Numbered from the stretch's first letter, positions 17,485 to 27,703 are shown. The stretch: DNA of 32,000 nt from Polynucleobacter necessarius (GCF_900095195.1 NZ_LT606950.1:1383878-1415877), one strand, 5' to 3'. Numbers and translations are program-made. The notes: generated by a model not told the origin, from the letters alone.

Positions 17485-18806
17485 CTTCTTTTAGAATGTT
17501 TGGCTAGATATGCTATTTCCATATCAGGATCGGTTCTCTCCTGCTCTAGAGAGGCCGCTAGCAATGCCAAGCGAGCAACTACGCCATAAAGATAGAAACG
17601 ATTTGGGGCTGCACTACCTGGCTTGGCGCCAAGGTCTGGCATTGAGTTTTGCTCAAATGCTAACGGCACAAAATGCATTCCTGGTGCATTTAAGTTTTCA
17701 TCCGGGCCACGATCGGTATGCACACGATAAAAGCCACCAATGACATAACGGTCAATCATGTATACCACTGGCTCAGCAACAGCTTCATTTACTTTCTCGA
17801 AGGTATAAACACCCTCCTGAATAAGCACATCACTAACTTCAAGACCCTCTTTCACAACACTCATTTTGTTGCGATCTTTACGATTCAAATCCTTTAATTG
17901 CGATTGGTCATTTACAACCATCGCGCCCATGCCATATGTGCCAGCATCCGCCTTAACCACTACATAGGGTTTTTCTTTGATGCCATATTCACGATATTTC
18001 TTTGCAGTCTTTTTTAAAACTTGCTCAACTGCAGCCTGCAGTTCTTCCTTGCCTTTACGCTCATGGAAATTAATATTTGAACAGCTCGTAAAGTAGGAAT
18101 TAATCATCCACTGATCAATATCGACGACCTTTGCAAACTTCTTAGCAACTTCTTCGTAAGCGGCAAAATGGTTCGATTTGCGACGCACATGCCAGCCAGC
18201 GTGCAAGCCAGGCAATAAGTATTGCTCATAAATGTTTTCGAGTATCGGTGGGATACCTGCAGACAAATCATTGTTCAGCAAAATAGAGCAGGGGTCGAAA
18301 TCTTTGAGGCCTAAGCGCTGCTTTTTTAATCCAAGTCGAGATAAGGGCTCCATCAACAAGCGATTACCATCAGGTAACCCAACCCATGTAGGCTTCTTAA
18401 TTTCTTCCGAGAAAGTACCCAGACGCACATTCAACCCCGCTTGACGCAAGATTGATGAAAGGCGCGCAATATTTTGTAGATAAAAAGTATTGCGGGTGTG
18501 TCGCTCAGGAATCAGTAATAGGTTTTTAGCTTCAGGGCAAATCTTTTCAATTGCTGCCATAGCTGCTTGTACGGCCAACGGCAACATTTGTGGGGAGAGA
18601 TTATTAAACCCTCCAGGAAATAGATTTGTATCAACTGGGGCTAACTTAAACCCTGAATTGCGCAAATCGACTGAGCAATAAAATGGGGGGGTGTGTTCTT
18701 GCCATTCCAGCCTAAACCAGCGCTCAATTGTGGGAGTAGCTTCAAGTACCTTTGACTCCAATTCGAGCAAAGGACCGCTTAGGGCAGTGATGAGATGTGG
18801 AACCAT
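17481..18806 (-). CDS. gshA: Glutamate-cysteine ligase (betaproteobacterial GshA type)
   Basis: 441-aa ORF with an ATGA overlap onto the gshB start. The length and internal VVVKADAGTYGMG segment fit the GshA family found next to gshB in Burkholderiales. The assignment rests partly on context. Confidence 0.78.
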   Translation of the reverse strand: MVPHLITALSGPLLELESKVLEATPTIERWFRLEWQEHTPPFYCSVDLRNSGFKLAPVDTNLFPGGFNNLSPQMLPLAVQAAMAAIEKICPEAKNLLLIPERHTRNTFYLQNIARLSSILRQAGLNVRLGTFSEEIKKPTWVGLPDGNRLLMEPLSRLGLKKQRLGLKDFDPCSILLNNDLSAGIPPILENIYEQYLLPGLHAGWHVRRKSNHFAAYEEVAKKFAKVVDIDQWMINSYFTSCSNINFHERKGKEELQAAVEQVLKKTAKKYREYGIKEKPYVVVKADAGTYGMGAMVVNDQSQLKDLNRKDRNKMSVVKEGLEVSDVLIQEGVYTFEKVNEAVAEPVVYMIDRYVIGGFYRVHTDRGPDENLNAPGMHFVPLAFEQNSMPDLGAKPGSAAPNRFYLYGVVARLALLAASLEQERTDPDMEIAYLAKHSKRR

Positions 18807-18826
18807 TTCACCATTGTAAGATTATT

Positions 18827-18859
18827 AAAAGAAAAACGCGGAATCCAAAGATCCCGCGC
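18827..18859 (-). terminator. Intrinsic terminator after amtB
   Basis: In the mRNA sense, the CGCGGGAUC/GAUUCCGCG stem (9 bp with one G-U) has loop UUUG and is followed by UUUUUCUUUU. It lies about 50 nt downstream of the amtB stop. Confidence 0.6.
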
Positions 18860-18906
18860 TTGAAACTAGGCAGCCAATGACCGCCTAGTGAGGGGTAAAA
18901 CCGAGA

Positions 18907-20394
18907 TTAAGACTCGTAAGCAGACTCACCATGTGAGCTGATATCCAAGCCTTCGCGCTCTTCCTCTTCCTTAACGCGCAATCCAATCACGATATCGACT
19001 AGCTTGTAAGCGATAAACGCTACAACTCCAGACCAAATCAATGTAGTAGCTACCACTTGGAACTGAATCCACACTTGGGAAGCAATGGAGTAGTCAGGGA
19101 TTACTGCATTTGCAACATAATCCCAAACCCCAGTTCCGCCCAATGCTGGATCGGCAAACACACCAGTCAGCAAAGCACCAGAGATACCGCCTACGCCGTG
19201 AACACCAAAGACATCCAAGCTGTCATCAGCACCGAGGATCTTTTTGAGGCCAGTAACACCCCAGTAGCAAACGATGCCTGCAATCAAGCCAATTACCAAA
19301 GCACCAACCACACCAACAAAACCTGCTGCCGGAGTGACTGCAACTAAGCCTGCTACTGCACCAGAAGCTGCGCCCAAAATGGATGGCTTTTTCTTGAAAA
19401 TCCATTCAACCAAAGTCCAAGTTACAACTGCAGCTGCCGTTGCAAGCAATGTATTCACAAAAGCCAATGCTGCACCACCGCTGGCCTCAAGAGCAGATCC
19501 AGCATTAAAACCAAACCAACCTACCCACAACAAAGATGCGCCGATCCAAGTAAATGTGAGGTTGTGTGGCTTCATCGCTTCTTTGCCGTAACCAATTCGC
19601 TTACCGACAACATACGATCCCACGAGACCAGCAATAGCGGCATTGATGTGAACAACCGTTCCACCAGCAAAGTCGAGCGCACCCTTTTGGAATAACCAGC
19701 CAGATGCAGCAACTGCATTTTCTGCTGCAGCAGCATCTGTAAAGGCATCAGGACCAGGCCAGAACCAAACCATGTGAGCGATTGGCAAGTAGCTGAAAGT
19801 AAACCAAATGATTGCGAACAACAATACTGCAGAGAACTTCACGCGCTCTGTGAATGCACCAATGATCAACGCAACAGTAATAGCTGCAAACGCACCCTGG
19901 AATGCTGCAAATCCAAATTCAGGAATTACCACGCCTTTGCTAAATGTAGCTGCAGCAGTATCAGGGGTAATGCCCGCTAGGAATAGCCTATCAAACCCTC
20001 CAAAAAACGCCCCTCCCTCAGTAAATGCAATGCTATAGCCATAGATTGACCACAACACAATAGTGAGAGAAAAGATCACTAATGTTTGCGCAAGTACAGA
20101 AAGGATATTCTTGCTACGCACTAAGCCACCATAGAACAATCCCAATGCTGGAATTGTCATCATGATTACCAATGCAGTACATATGAGTAACCAAGCGGTA
20201 TCACCCTTATTGCACTTTTCAGAGCACAAGATTGGCGCAGGTTCTGCAGCTGCTGGCGTGGCAGCAGGAGCAGTCACTGCAGGCTTTTTAGCTTCATCAG
20301 CAGCATGTACTGGCGATGTCACCATAACATCAGTAGCACCGATAGCTAAAGCCATAGCACCACTAGCAACGAGTCGTTTCATCCAAGTTAACAT
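18907..20394 (-). CDS. amtB: Ammonium transporter AmtB
   Basis: Amt signature DFAGGTVVHINAA and 11 or more TM segments. I prefer ATG 20394 (MLTWMKRLVASGAMALAIG signal peptide), preceded by GAGAGG 13 nt after the glnK stop. The track extension to 20565 overlaps glnK. Confidence 0.93.
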   Translation of the reverse strand: MLTWMKRLVASGAMALAIGATDVMVTSPVHAADEAKKPAVTAPAATPAAAEPAPILCSEKCNKGDTAWLLICTALVIMMTIPALGLFYGGLVRSKNILSVLAQTLVIFSLTIVLWSIYGYSIAFTEGGAFFGGFDRLFLAGITPDTAAATFSKGVVIPEFGFAAFQGAFAAITVALIIGAFTERVKFSAVLLFAIIWFTFSYLPIAHMVWFWPGPDAFTDAAAAENAVAASGWLFQKGALDFAGGTVVHINAAIAGLVGSYVVGKRIGYGKEAMKPHNLTFTWIGASLLWVGWFGFNAGSALEASGGAALAFVNTLLATAAAVVTWTLVEWIFKKKPSILGAASGAVAGLVAVTPAAGFVGVVGALVIGLIAGIVCYWGVTGLKKILGADDSLDVFGVHGVGGISGALLTGVFADPALGGTGVWDYVANAVIPDYSIASQVWIQFQVVATTLIWSGVVAFIAYKLVDIVIGLRVKEEEEREGLDISSHGESAYES

Positions 20395-20407
20395 TTTGAA
20401 CCTCTCT

Positions 20408-20758
<351 letters not shown>

Positions 20759-20771
20759 TCAGGGGTGGAAA

Positions 20772-21635
20772 TTAAAAGGTTTTTGTCAAAGAGATTAAGC
20801 CAGTTGATCGGCCTAAATTGCTATTTTGCGGCGAGTAATATCCAGCAATATTCGCATTCGTACCCACATAAGCCACGGAGCCCGATAAACCCCCTCCAAA
20901 ATCTTTAGTTACACTTACCTTCCAATCGGTATAGGTGTATAGACTTGAATTAGATACTGTTGTGCCTGCAAGAGTACCAGCAATGTACTGATATCCAACG
21001 TGACCATTGAGCGATAGACCCCATACACCAGTGTCGTAATTAACAGTCAGATCAGGATAGTAGGAGCCCTTACTGTTTGCATTCCCGAATGTGTTAGTGA
21101 GCGCATAAGAAAACTTCACAAAACCCGTTACTGGGCCAAAAGTAAAATTCTGCGCAGCGTACAACCCAGTTGTATTGGGATTTATTGCACCATTTGGCAG
21201 CCCAGAGGTCGGGTAGTAGCACTGAAGAATACCAACATCCGATGCAAAGCCTTCTCCAATGAATTCTTTTTTGTAGCCAGCATAAAAGTCCATTTCGATT
21301 GGTGCAGAAACACTTTTACCGGTTGGGTTTGCACTTGATAAATTTCCTGTTGAAGTATATGGATCACTTATCCAGCCAATGGAACTGTTCCAGTCACCAA
21401 TGTAGAAGCCACTCTCATGTGCGTAATCAAATCCGCCCTGGATAGCAGGCTTAAAGTTTGACTGGCTGATACCGCGATAGCGATAGTCATTGACGATTGT
21501 TACGTTTGCAGCGATTGGGCTACCTGCATCTTCTGGATCTGTTGGTGTATCAGCCGCGAATGCCGAAGAACACGCCAAGCCTGTAAGCAAAGCTAATGCT
21601 GCTGCAGAAAGCGCTTTCTTATGTAAAGTTTTCAT
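20772..21635 (-). CDS. TorF/Gcw_chp family putative outer-membrane porin
   Basis: Signal peptide (ALLTGLACSSAFA), the family motif VNDYRYRGISQS, a beta-strand-like alternating pattern and a C-terminal F. A strong AAGGAG RBS precedes ATG 21635. Confidence 0.75.
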   Translation of the reverse strand: MKTLHKKALSAAALALLTGLACSSAFAADTPTDPEDAGSPIAANVTIVNDYRYRGISQSNFKPAIQGGFDYAHESGFYIGDWNSSIGWISDPYTSTGNLSSANPTGKSVSAPIEMDFYAGYKKEFIGEGFASDVGILQCYYPTSGLPNGAINPNTTGLYAAQNFTFGPVTGFVKFSYALTNTFGNANSKGSYYPDLTVNYDTGVWGLSLNGHVGYQYIAGTLAGTTVSNSSLYTYTDWKVSVTKDFGGGLSGSVAYVGTNANIAGYYSPQNSNLGRSTGLISLTKTF

Positions 21636-21946
21636 CTATTTCTCCTTACTGTTTGGAATCAAAAATTGGATTAATGCTTATTGCATGGAAAGATGATGAT
21701 GGTCGGGTCCCGCTAAGCTTTTTGATCATTCACCGTAATAATGCTTGAGCACTATTTTGGTGCATTTATTTGCCCCATTAATGTGAAATTTCCCTATTTT
21801 TAGTATTTTTTAGCCCTTTCCACCCTTTTTGAAGGCTCAAATTAAAATATTGATGTGTATATTTATACAACTCTCAACCCTTTTGAAAGCCCATCCTGCA
21901 AAAACCTGGCGAAATTCTTGAACAAATCCAACGCATTGCTACAGAT

Positions 21947-22153
21947 ATGCAAAACAAAGTCGGGGATGTCATTCGAAATTCGCCCGCACAAGAGATTGAA
22001 AAAAATGTGCGCGCAATGATGAACCAAGGATTTCAAAAAATGGGTTTAGTTACTCGTGAAGAGTTTGAATTGCAAAGTAAAGTGCTTGCCAAAACCAGGG
22101 AAAAACTGGAAGCACTAGAGGCAAAAGTTACCGCTCTCGAAAAAACCCAGTAA
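21947..22153 (+). CDS. ubiK: UbiK/YqiC family accessory factor (coiled-coil)
   Basis: SPAQEIEKNVRAMMNQGFQKMGLVTREEFELQSKVLAKTREKLEALEAKVTALE matches the conserved UbiK core (LVTREEF). The true start is uncertain; see the rejected items. Confidence 0.75.
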   Translation: MQNKVGDVIRNSPAQEIEKNVRAMMNQGFQKMGLVTREEFELQSKVLAKTREKLEALEAKVTALEKTQ

Positions 22154-22212
22154 TTTCTTATTAGAGTTTTTCAACTTTACTCTGGACGGAACTCGTTGAA
22201 AAAGTTCGCATA

Positions 22213-22238
22213 CCCTTCTTGAGATAGAAGGGCTTTTA
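22213..22238 (+). terminator. Candidate intrinsic terminator after ubiK
   Basis: The cccttct (22213-22219) / agaaggg (22226-22232) stem has loop tgagat and is followed by cttttat. Confidence 0.45.
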
Positions 22239-22497
22239 TATCACTAGTTTTTGTGTTTGTATGCAGTACAGAAACTTGATAAATCCAATTGCCCCCGCTT
22301 TCAATTGGCTAGCTATCCAACGCACACGCATTGATTGCTGAGCTTTGCTGTTATAGCCAAATGTAATGAAGTAATCTTTAACTGGGAAGCGTTGATAATT
22401 GCTGGTTTAATAGCTGGAATCCTCGATCAATACATTACCACTAGATGCTTTTGCACGATCCAATAAATAGCCTGCAATTGATCAATAATTTTTTGGC

Positions 22498-22770
22498 TCA
22501 AACCCCTTGATTGGCTTCTACCCGAATTGAGCTAATCGAATAAATATCATCATCGATCTTTACTGCTTCAAGCGCTTGTTTTACATCTTGGTCTTGATAA
22601 GGAATCAGCCGCACCATCTCATTAGGCTTGCCCGGGAATTGCGCAACGTACCTTTGCTCAGGGGATTGAACAATCCGCCAATTGAGCTTCGGACTACAGG
22701 CCGTTATTACTAAAAAAGCAGCCAGTAAAATACTGGCTTTAACAATTCCCTTAAACAACCCCTGCTCCAT
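22498..22770 (-). CDS. Putative lipoprotein, probably the 5' remnant of a decayed gene
   Basis: From ATG 22770: [25 protein letters not shown], a signal peptide with a lipobox Cys. It overlaps the lipA 3' end by 20 nt. Coding-like segments continue downstream in other frames (22240-22497). Confidence 0.45.
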   Translation of the reverse strand: MEQGLFKGIVKASILLAAFLVITACSPKLNWRIVQSPEQRYVAQFPGKPNEMVRLIPYQDQDVKQALEAVKIDDDIYSISSIRVEANQGV

Positions 22771-23758
22771 GGGCTTGTTGATCAGCATGGTAGCTGGAGC
22801 GGACCATGGCACCTACCGCTGCATGCGAAAAGCCCATCTCATAAGCTTTCTCTTCAAACATCTTAAATACATCTGGATGGACATAACGAGTTACTGGTAA
22901 GTGACGTCCTGATGGCGCAAGATATTGCCCAATGGTGAGCATATCAATATTGTGCTCGCGCATATCTTGCATAACCTCCAAGATCTCATCATCTGTTTCA
23001 CCCAAACCAACCATTAACCCACTTTTTGTAGGTATATGTGGGAACCGCTCTTTAAAGTCTTTTAGTAACTTCAATGAGTGCAAATAATCTGCTCCTGGTC
23101 TTGCTTGTTTATACAATCGCGGAACCGTTTCTAAATTATGATTCATCACATCTGGCAGACCGTTGGGTGCATGCTCAGCAAAAATATCCAACGCCTTTTC
23201 TAAACGACCTCGGAAGTCAGGGACCAGCACTTCTATGCGTATCGCAGGAGAAAGGTCTCGGGACTGTGAGATACATTCGACGTAGTGCATTGCCCCACCA
23301 TCACGCAAATCATCTCGGTCCACGCTGGTAATAACAACATAATTTAATTTGAGCGCTGCAATCGTACGCGCTAAGTTGGCAGGTTCTTTTTCATCAAGAG
23401 GATCAGGTCTACCATGCCCCACATCACAAAATGGGCAGCGACGTGTGCACTTGTCGCCCATGATCATAAATGTTGCAGCGCCCTTACCAAAGCACTCGCC
23501 GATGTTTGGACAACTCGCCTCTTCACATACAGTGACCAATTCATTCTCACGCAAAATCTTTTTAATCTCGGCGAAACGTGAATTTCCGGAAGCCGCCTTT
23601 ACTCGGATCCAATCGGGCTTTTTGAGCACCTCTTCTAATGGAATAATCTTGATGGGAATACGCGCCGTCTTCTCGCTCGATTTCTGTTTTCGAGTAGCGT
23701 CGTACTGAAAATCTTGGCGCTCTTCAGTACCCTGTTTATCAATCTTATTTGTAGTCAT
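22751..23758 (-). CDS. lipA: Lipoyl synthase
   Basis: Radical-SAM motif [10 protein letters not shown] plus the N-terminal auxiliary cluster motif [12 protein letters not shown]. 335 aa. Confidence 0.95.
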   Translation of the reverse strand: MTTNKIDKQGTEERQDFQYDATRKQKSSEKTARIPIKIIPLEEVLKKPDWIRVKAASGNSRFAEIKKILRENELVTVCEEASCPNIGECFGKGAATFMIMGDKCTRRCPFCDVGHGRPDPLDEKEPANLARTIAALKLNYVVITSVDRDDLRDGGAMHYVECISQSRDLSPAIRIEVLVPDFRGRLEKALDIFAEHAPNGLPDVMNHNLETVPRLYKQARPGADYLHSLKLLKDFKERFPHIPTKSGLMVGLGETDDEILEVMQDMREHNIDMLTIGQYLAPSGRHLPVTRYVHPDVFKMFEEKAYEMGFSHAAVGAMVRSSYHADQQAHGAGVV

Positions 23759-24399
23759 GTTGGTTCTAATTGCTTTTGCAAATGCGCCAATAATTTCTGG
23801 CTCACAATATCGATTGTGTCCTTGATCCCCAGAGTTTGCATATCGACCGTTCTTAAGCCCTCATATCCACAGGGGTGGATGCGCCCAAAAGCGTCCAGAT
23901 CGGTGTCAACATTGAGCGCCAAACCATGATAAGAGCAACTTTTTGATACTTTAAGCCCTAATGCAGCAATTTTTGCGCCAATCCGCATTGCATCTAACCC
24001 TGATTGTTCAGATACATAAATCCCGGGGGCGCCCGTCTTTCTCTCAGCCCGAATACCAAACTCAGCCAAAGTATCGATCAACGCCTGCTCAATACGGGAG
24101 ACTAATTCTTTTACGTATATTCCCAACCTTTTTAAATCAAGCAATAAATACACTACGATTTGTCCCGGCCCGTGGTAAGTTATCTCGCCACCTCGATCAA
24201 CTTGCACCATCGGAATTTGATTCGATGGCGAATGTAAATTACTAGCATCACCGGCTAAGCCTAACGTAAATACCGGGGGATGCTGCAAAACCCAAATCTC
24301 GTCTGGAGTATCACTGTTACGATCGCTCGTAAATCTGCGCATTGACTCATACGTCGAAGCATAATCTGCCAAGCCAAGATGTTTTACCAATATGGTCAT
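23755..24399 (-). CDS. lipB: Octanoyltransferase LipB
   Basis: [12 protein letters not shown] motif and the catalytic-region Cys (IHPCGY). ATGA overlap with the lipA start. Confidence 0.93.
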   Translation of the reverse strand: MTILVKHLGLADYASTYESMRRFTSDRNSDTPDEIWVLQHPPVFTLGLAGDASNLHSPSNQIPMVQVDRGGEITYHGPGQIVVYLLLDLKRLGIYVKELVSRIEQALIDTLAEFGIRAERKTGAPGIYVSEQSGLDAMRIGAKIAALGLKVSKSCSYHGLALNVDTDLDAFGRIHPCGYEGLRTVDMQTLGIKDTIDIVSQKLLAHLQKQLEPT

Positions 24400-24408
24400 G
24401 ACTGATTA

Positions 24409-24675
24409 CTAAAGAACAATGCTCACTAATGGATGTGTTGAAAGTGTTCTATAAAGCTCATCTAGTTGCTCTCGACTTGTTGCCGTAATAGGCAAAGTAA
24501 GCCCAAGGTAATTACCATCTTTAGATGGCCTCTGCTCAACCCTACTTTCATTAAAGGTAGGATCAAATTGCTTCGCTATATGAATAATGGCTGGCAAGAA
24601 TTCCGGATTACTCTTTCCCATCACCTTAATGGGAAAGAGGGAGGGATACTCAATGAGTGATTTTTCTTCGGTCAT
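24409..24675 (-). CDS. DUF493 (YbeD-like) protein
   Basis: 88-aa ORF with YPSLFPIKVMGK, typical of YbeD. Conserved position upstream of lipB-lipA. Confidence 0.85.
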   Translation of the reverse strand: MTEEKSLIEYPSLFPIKVMGKSNPEFLPAIIHIAKQFDPTFNESRVEQRPSKDGNYLGLTLPITATSREQLDELYRTLSTHPLVSIVL

Positions 24676-24702
24676 GGTTCTTAAAACATCGTTTCCGATT
24701 GG

Positions 24703-25419
24703 TTAAATATTGCGGTGGTCAGGCATACCGAGCCAGGCGCTGGTAATAATGTTACGGATGCAATGTAAGCGACGGTGAAAGAAGTGATCAGCACCAGGAA
24801 CTACTTGCACCGCTAACTCCTGAGGACGTGCCCAATCCAAAACATCAATCAACGGAATGGTTTCATCTAGCTCACCATGAATGGCAATCGTATCGGTCGG
24901 CACCTGTGCCAAGGTCCATTTACCAGCAACACTGCCGACCATCACTAAACGCTCAGCAGGGCGGCCAAGCTCAGCCAGCCTGTGCACCAAATGGCTTCCT
25001 ACAAAACTGCCAAATGAAAAGCCAGAAACCACCAAAGGCAATGTATTGGCTGAGCCAATCCAAGCTTGCTGTGCCGTAACCTCAAATTGATTCCAGCTTG
25101 AGGGGGTTTGCATCCACTCGGTCACATGCAATAAATCTTCAAGCTCGCCTACACCATCATCATGTACCCCAACAGTTCCCCCAACGCCACGAAAGTTGGG
25201 TCGTACACTCACGTAACCAAGTTGGTTGAAAGCACGCGCCATCGTTTGTGCTACTTTGTTGTCCATGGTGCCACCCATCAAGGGATGAGGATGAGCAACA
25301 AGCGCAAGACCCCTTACTACAAACGCAGGGTCTGTCTTTAATTCGTCAGGCAAATCAATTGACATCTCTATTGGCCCAACGATGCCATTAATGTGAATAA
25401 TTTTTGTACGACTATTCAT
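24703..25419 (-). CDS. Alpha/beta-fold hydrolase
   Basis: Nucleophile elbow GFSFGS, HPHPLMGG near the N-terminus and a late His (ADHFF). The track start at 25434 is TTG. I prefer ATG 25419. Confidence 0.72.
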   Translation of the reverse strand: MNSRTKIIHINGIVGPIEMSIDLPDELKTDPAFVVRGLALVAHPHPLMGGTMDNKVAQTMARAFNQLGYVSVRPNFRGVGGTVGVHDDGVGELEDLLHVTEWMQTPSSWNQFEVTAQQAWIGSANTLPLVVSGFSFGSFVGSHLVHRLAELGRPAERLVMVGSVAGKWTLAQVPTDTIAIHGELDETIPLIDVLDWARPQELAVQVVPGADHFFHRRLHCIRNIITSAWLGMPDHRNI

Positions 25420-25454
25420 GAATAAAACTCTCAATAATGAATCAACTATTAGTA

Positions 25455-25763
25455 CTAGGCCAACTGTAGACGATGTACAGGGTGGCCCTCAATCAGATGG
25501 GATTGAATGATCTCCTCGACATCTTCTTGATCGACAAGGGTATACCAAATACCCTCTGGATAGATCACCATAACTGGACCGTCCGCGCACCGATCAAGGC
25601 AACCTGCCTTGTTCACTCGAACCTTATTGGGTCCGGCTAAACCCCGCTCTTTCACTCGGTTTTTCGCATATTCAAATAGTGCAAATGCATTATGGCGATC
25701 GCAACAATCTTCGCCGTTAGACCGCTGATTGAGACAGAAAAATAAATGGTGTGAAAAGCTCAT
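25455..25763 (-). CDS. Thioredoxin-like [2Fe-2S] ferredoxin-domain protein
   Basis: 102-aa ORF with a Cys pattern (FFCLNQR...CC...AGCLDRCADGPV) characteristic of this family. Confidence 0.8.
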   Translation of the reverse strand: MSFSHHLFFCLNQRSNGEDCCDRHNAFALFEYAKNRVKERGLAGPNKVRVNKAGCLDRCADGPVMVIYPEGIWYTLVDQEDVEEIIQSHLIEGHPVHRLQLA

Positions 25764-26868
25764 AAATTTTTATTTAGATGAATTCTTAAGATATGAAAGC
25801 ACGGTTTGTCGAATGACCCAAAGCATAGCCAATGTAACCATATCACTGAAACCCACTGCATGAGTTCATTAAAGTGCACCAAGCGTCCCTGTTGCCAATG
25901 CCGAAGATTACTAATGAAATACGGATTATCGGGCATGATGTTAATTGCAATAGTTGCCCCAACCAAACAGCCAATAGCCAGCACCTGCTTGGTTTTTGAC
26001 TTAAATTGCAACGCCCTATACAACGCAATAGTAGCTATAAGCATTCCCCAAAACGCTCCAGCCGTTAACCAATTGAGGCTAGATACCCACCCAAATTGAA
26101 GGCGGTAGATAAAGTCTTTAGGACTACTGTAAATCCAAGCAATCCATTCAGAATCTGCCATTGGTGCGCTTTAGCCCTCATCCCCAAAGAGAGTAACAAC
26201 GCCACACCTAACCAGCAAAATCCTGTGATCAACGTTTCTTGAACCACCTGATTGATTACAGCAGTTCCCCAATCAATCGATCCGAAAACAACATGTCCCC
26301 AAACCCCAACTCCCAGCCATGAACTTTGCGGATAAATTTGTGACCACGGAAATAAGAGAAAAAGAGCGCACATCGCCCAATTTAATCCAAACCATTGATC
26401 AAGCCTGCGTCGTACCGCAGAGCCAGACAGCCATTGTGGCCCCAAAGGAATCGCCAAAAGCCCCCAGCAGTCCACCGAATAATTAGCCCACCAGTCCATC
26501 AAACTCGGTATACGTGAAGGAATCCAAGACTGTAAGGTTTCTACACCAAAAGCCAAAGCGGCACTCAAAGCCAGCGCGATTCCGAGGGCTACAAAATTTT
26601 GCCAGCGAGGATAGCTTGCAAATACCAATAAAAAGCCAAATGGGATATACGCCAAGATATTCAAAGATACGTCAAATAAGGTGATAAAGCGTGGCAATAG
26701 CGCATCGAGCCAAGCCCAGGCTGAAATACCATTGTGAAAATCAAAATCAAATGGATTGAGACTGACATAAAAGATCAAAAATGCATAAACTAGACTCATC
26801 GCCCTCGCAAGTGGCATTGCTTGTAAGGGCCAAACCAGTCTCTGGGGGCGATGTTCTTTTGCACTCAT
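25760..26868 (-). pseudogene. VanZ-like multi-pass membrane protein split into two overlapping ORFs (probable frameshift)
   Basis: ORF 26065..26868 carries a VanZ-like motif (DVSLNILAYIPFGFLL). ORF 25760..26161 is in the frame one nucleotide behind and overlaps it by 97 nt. Both are polytopic. The second frame only opens at 26170, so any junction lies within 26065-26170. Confidence 0.5.
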
Positions 26869-26905
26869 TCCACAATTCTAGGTCAGACCTTTCTACAATA
26901 GCGAA

Positions 26906-27703
26906 ATGACTGCAAATTGCATCCTAGAACGCGTTGCTGAAACCAAATCCACGAATGATGATTTATTGGCACGCTGGCGAGCGGGAGAATTAATCGATCC
27001 CGTGGCGCGCATTGCCCACAAGCAAACTGCGGGCAAAGGTCGTGCCGGCAGAGCATGGCTTGCGAACCCCGAGGATTCTGTCTGCTTCTCAATGGCTTAT
27101 CCATTCAAACGGAGTCCTGCAGAATTAACTGGGCTAAGCCTGGTTGTTGGTCTAGCGGTGATTGCAGGTCTGGTGCAAGCATTAAGGATTACCTCAGAAG
27201 AATTACACCAATCAGGTATACGTCTTAAATGGCCAAACGATTTACTGTTAAATGATTCAAAACTTGCAGGAATATTGATCGAGGGCGGCCAAACTAAGCC
27301 CGGCGATCCAAATTGGATGATTGTCGGCGTCGGCATCAACTTGCGGAACGCAAGTGCAATTGAAAAATCATTAAGTCAAGATAACGTCAAAGTTGGAGCA
27401 ATCGATCAACTAGTCGCCCCAAACACGCCCCCCCCAGATTCTGAGTATATTTGGCTAGCATTGCTCGATTCTTTTGATCAGCATTTCAAAAAATTTGATC
27501 AGCTGGGGTTTTCTGCTTACCAACAGGAATGGCTTAAATGGGATGCCCACCTAAATCAAAGGGTCAGTATTTCTGGTGCTGGTAAAGACCCAGTACATGG
27601 CGTTGCCATGGGTGTTGATACCAATGGCGCACTACTACTTCAGCAAGAAAAAAATTTACAGGCTATTTATGCAGGCGACCTCTCTCTCAGAGTTAAATCA
27701 TGA
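26906..27703 (+). CDS. birA: Biotin-[acetyl-CoA-carboxylase] ligase (no N-terminal HTH domain)
   Basis: The HKQTAGKGRAGRAW biotin/ATP loop and KWPNDLLL. 265 aa, so a ligase-only class I BirA. Confidence 0.9.
   Translation: MTANCILERVAETKSTNDDLLARWRAGELIDPVARIAHKQTAGKGRAGRAWLANPEDSVCFSMAYPFKRSPAELTGLSLVVGLAVIAGLVQALRITSEELHQSGIRLKWPNDLLLNDSKLAGILIEGGQTKPGDPNWMIVGVGINLRNASAIEKSLSQDNVKVGAIDQLVAPNTPPPDSEYIWLALLDSFDQHFKKFDQLGFSAYQQEWLKWDAHLNQRVSISGAGKDPVHGVAMGVDTNGALLLQQEKNLQAIYAGDLSLRVKS

Noticed and set aside
21761-21777. Sigma54-like element on the minus strand (GGGGCA-N-ATGCA, with GG-N10-GC spacing) about 130 nt upstream of the porin-glnK-amtB operon, next to a TGCACCA half-site
   Set aside because: Only the invariant GG and TGCA match. 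The -24 flank is poor (GGGGCA versus TGGCAC). The similar plus-strand TGGTGC-N-TTTGC has the wrong spacing by 1 nt, and the NtrC-like half-site sits downstream of the element instead of upstream. NtrC/sigma54 control is plausible biologically, but the sequence does not demonstrate it.
21887-21946. Possible missing N-terminus of UbiK: the frame is open for 20 codons upstream of ATG 21947 (KPILQKPGEILEQIQRIATD) with no start codon, and another frame reads NPFESPS
   Set aside because: ATG 21947 aligns only about 10 residues inside typical UbiK N-termini, so a native short start is entirely possible. Twenty open codons in AT-rich DNA is weak evidence. I cannot tell truncation from normal variation without an alignment.
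26883-27104. 73-aa minus-strand ORF overlapping the birA 5' region
   Set aside because: It is antisense to the well-supported birA frame, has no motif, and would need to squeeze into a 36-nt divergent spacer. I treat it as a shadow ORF.
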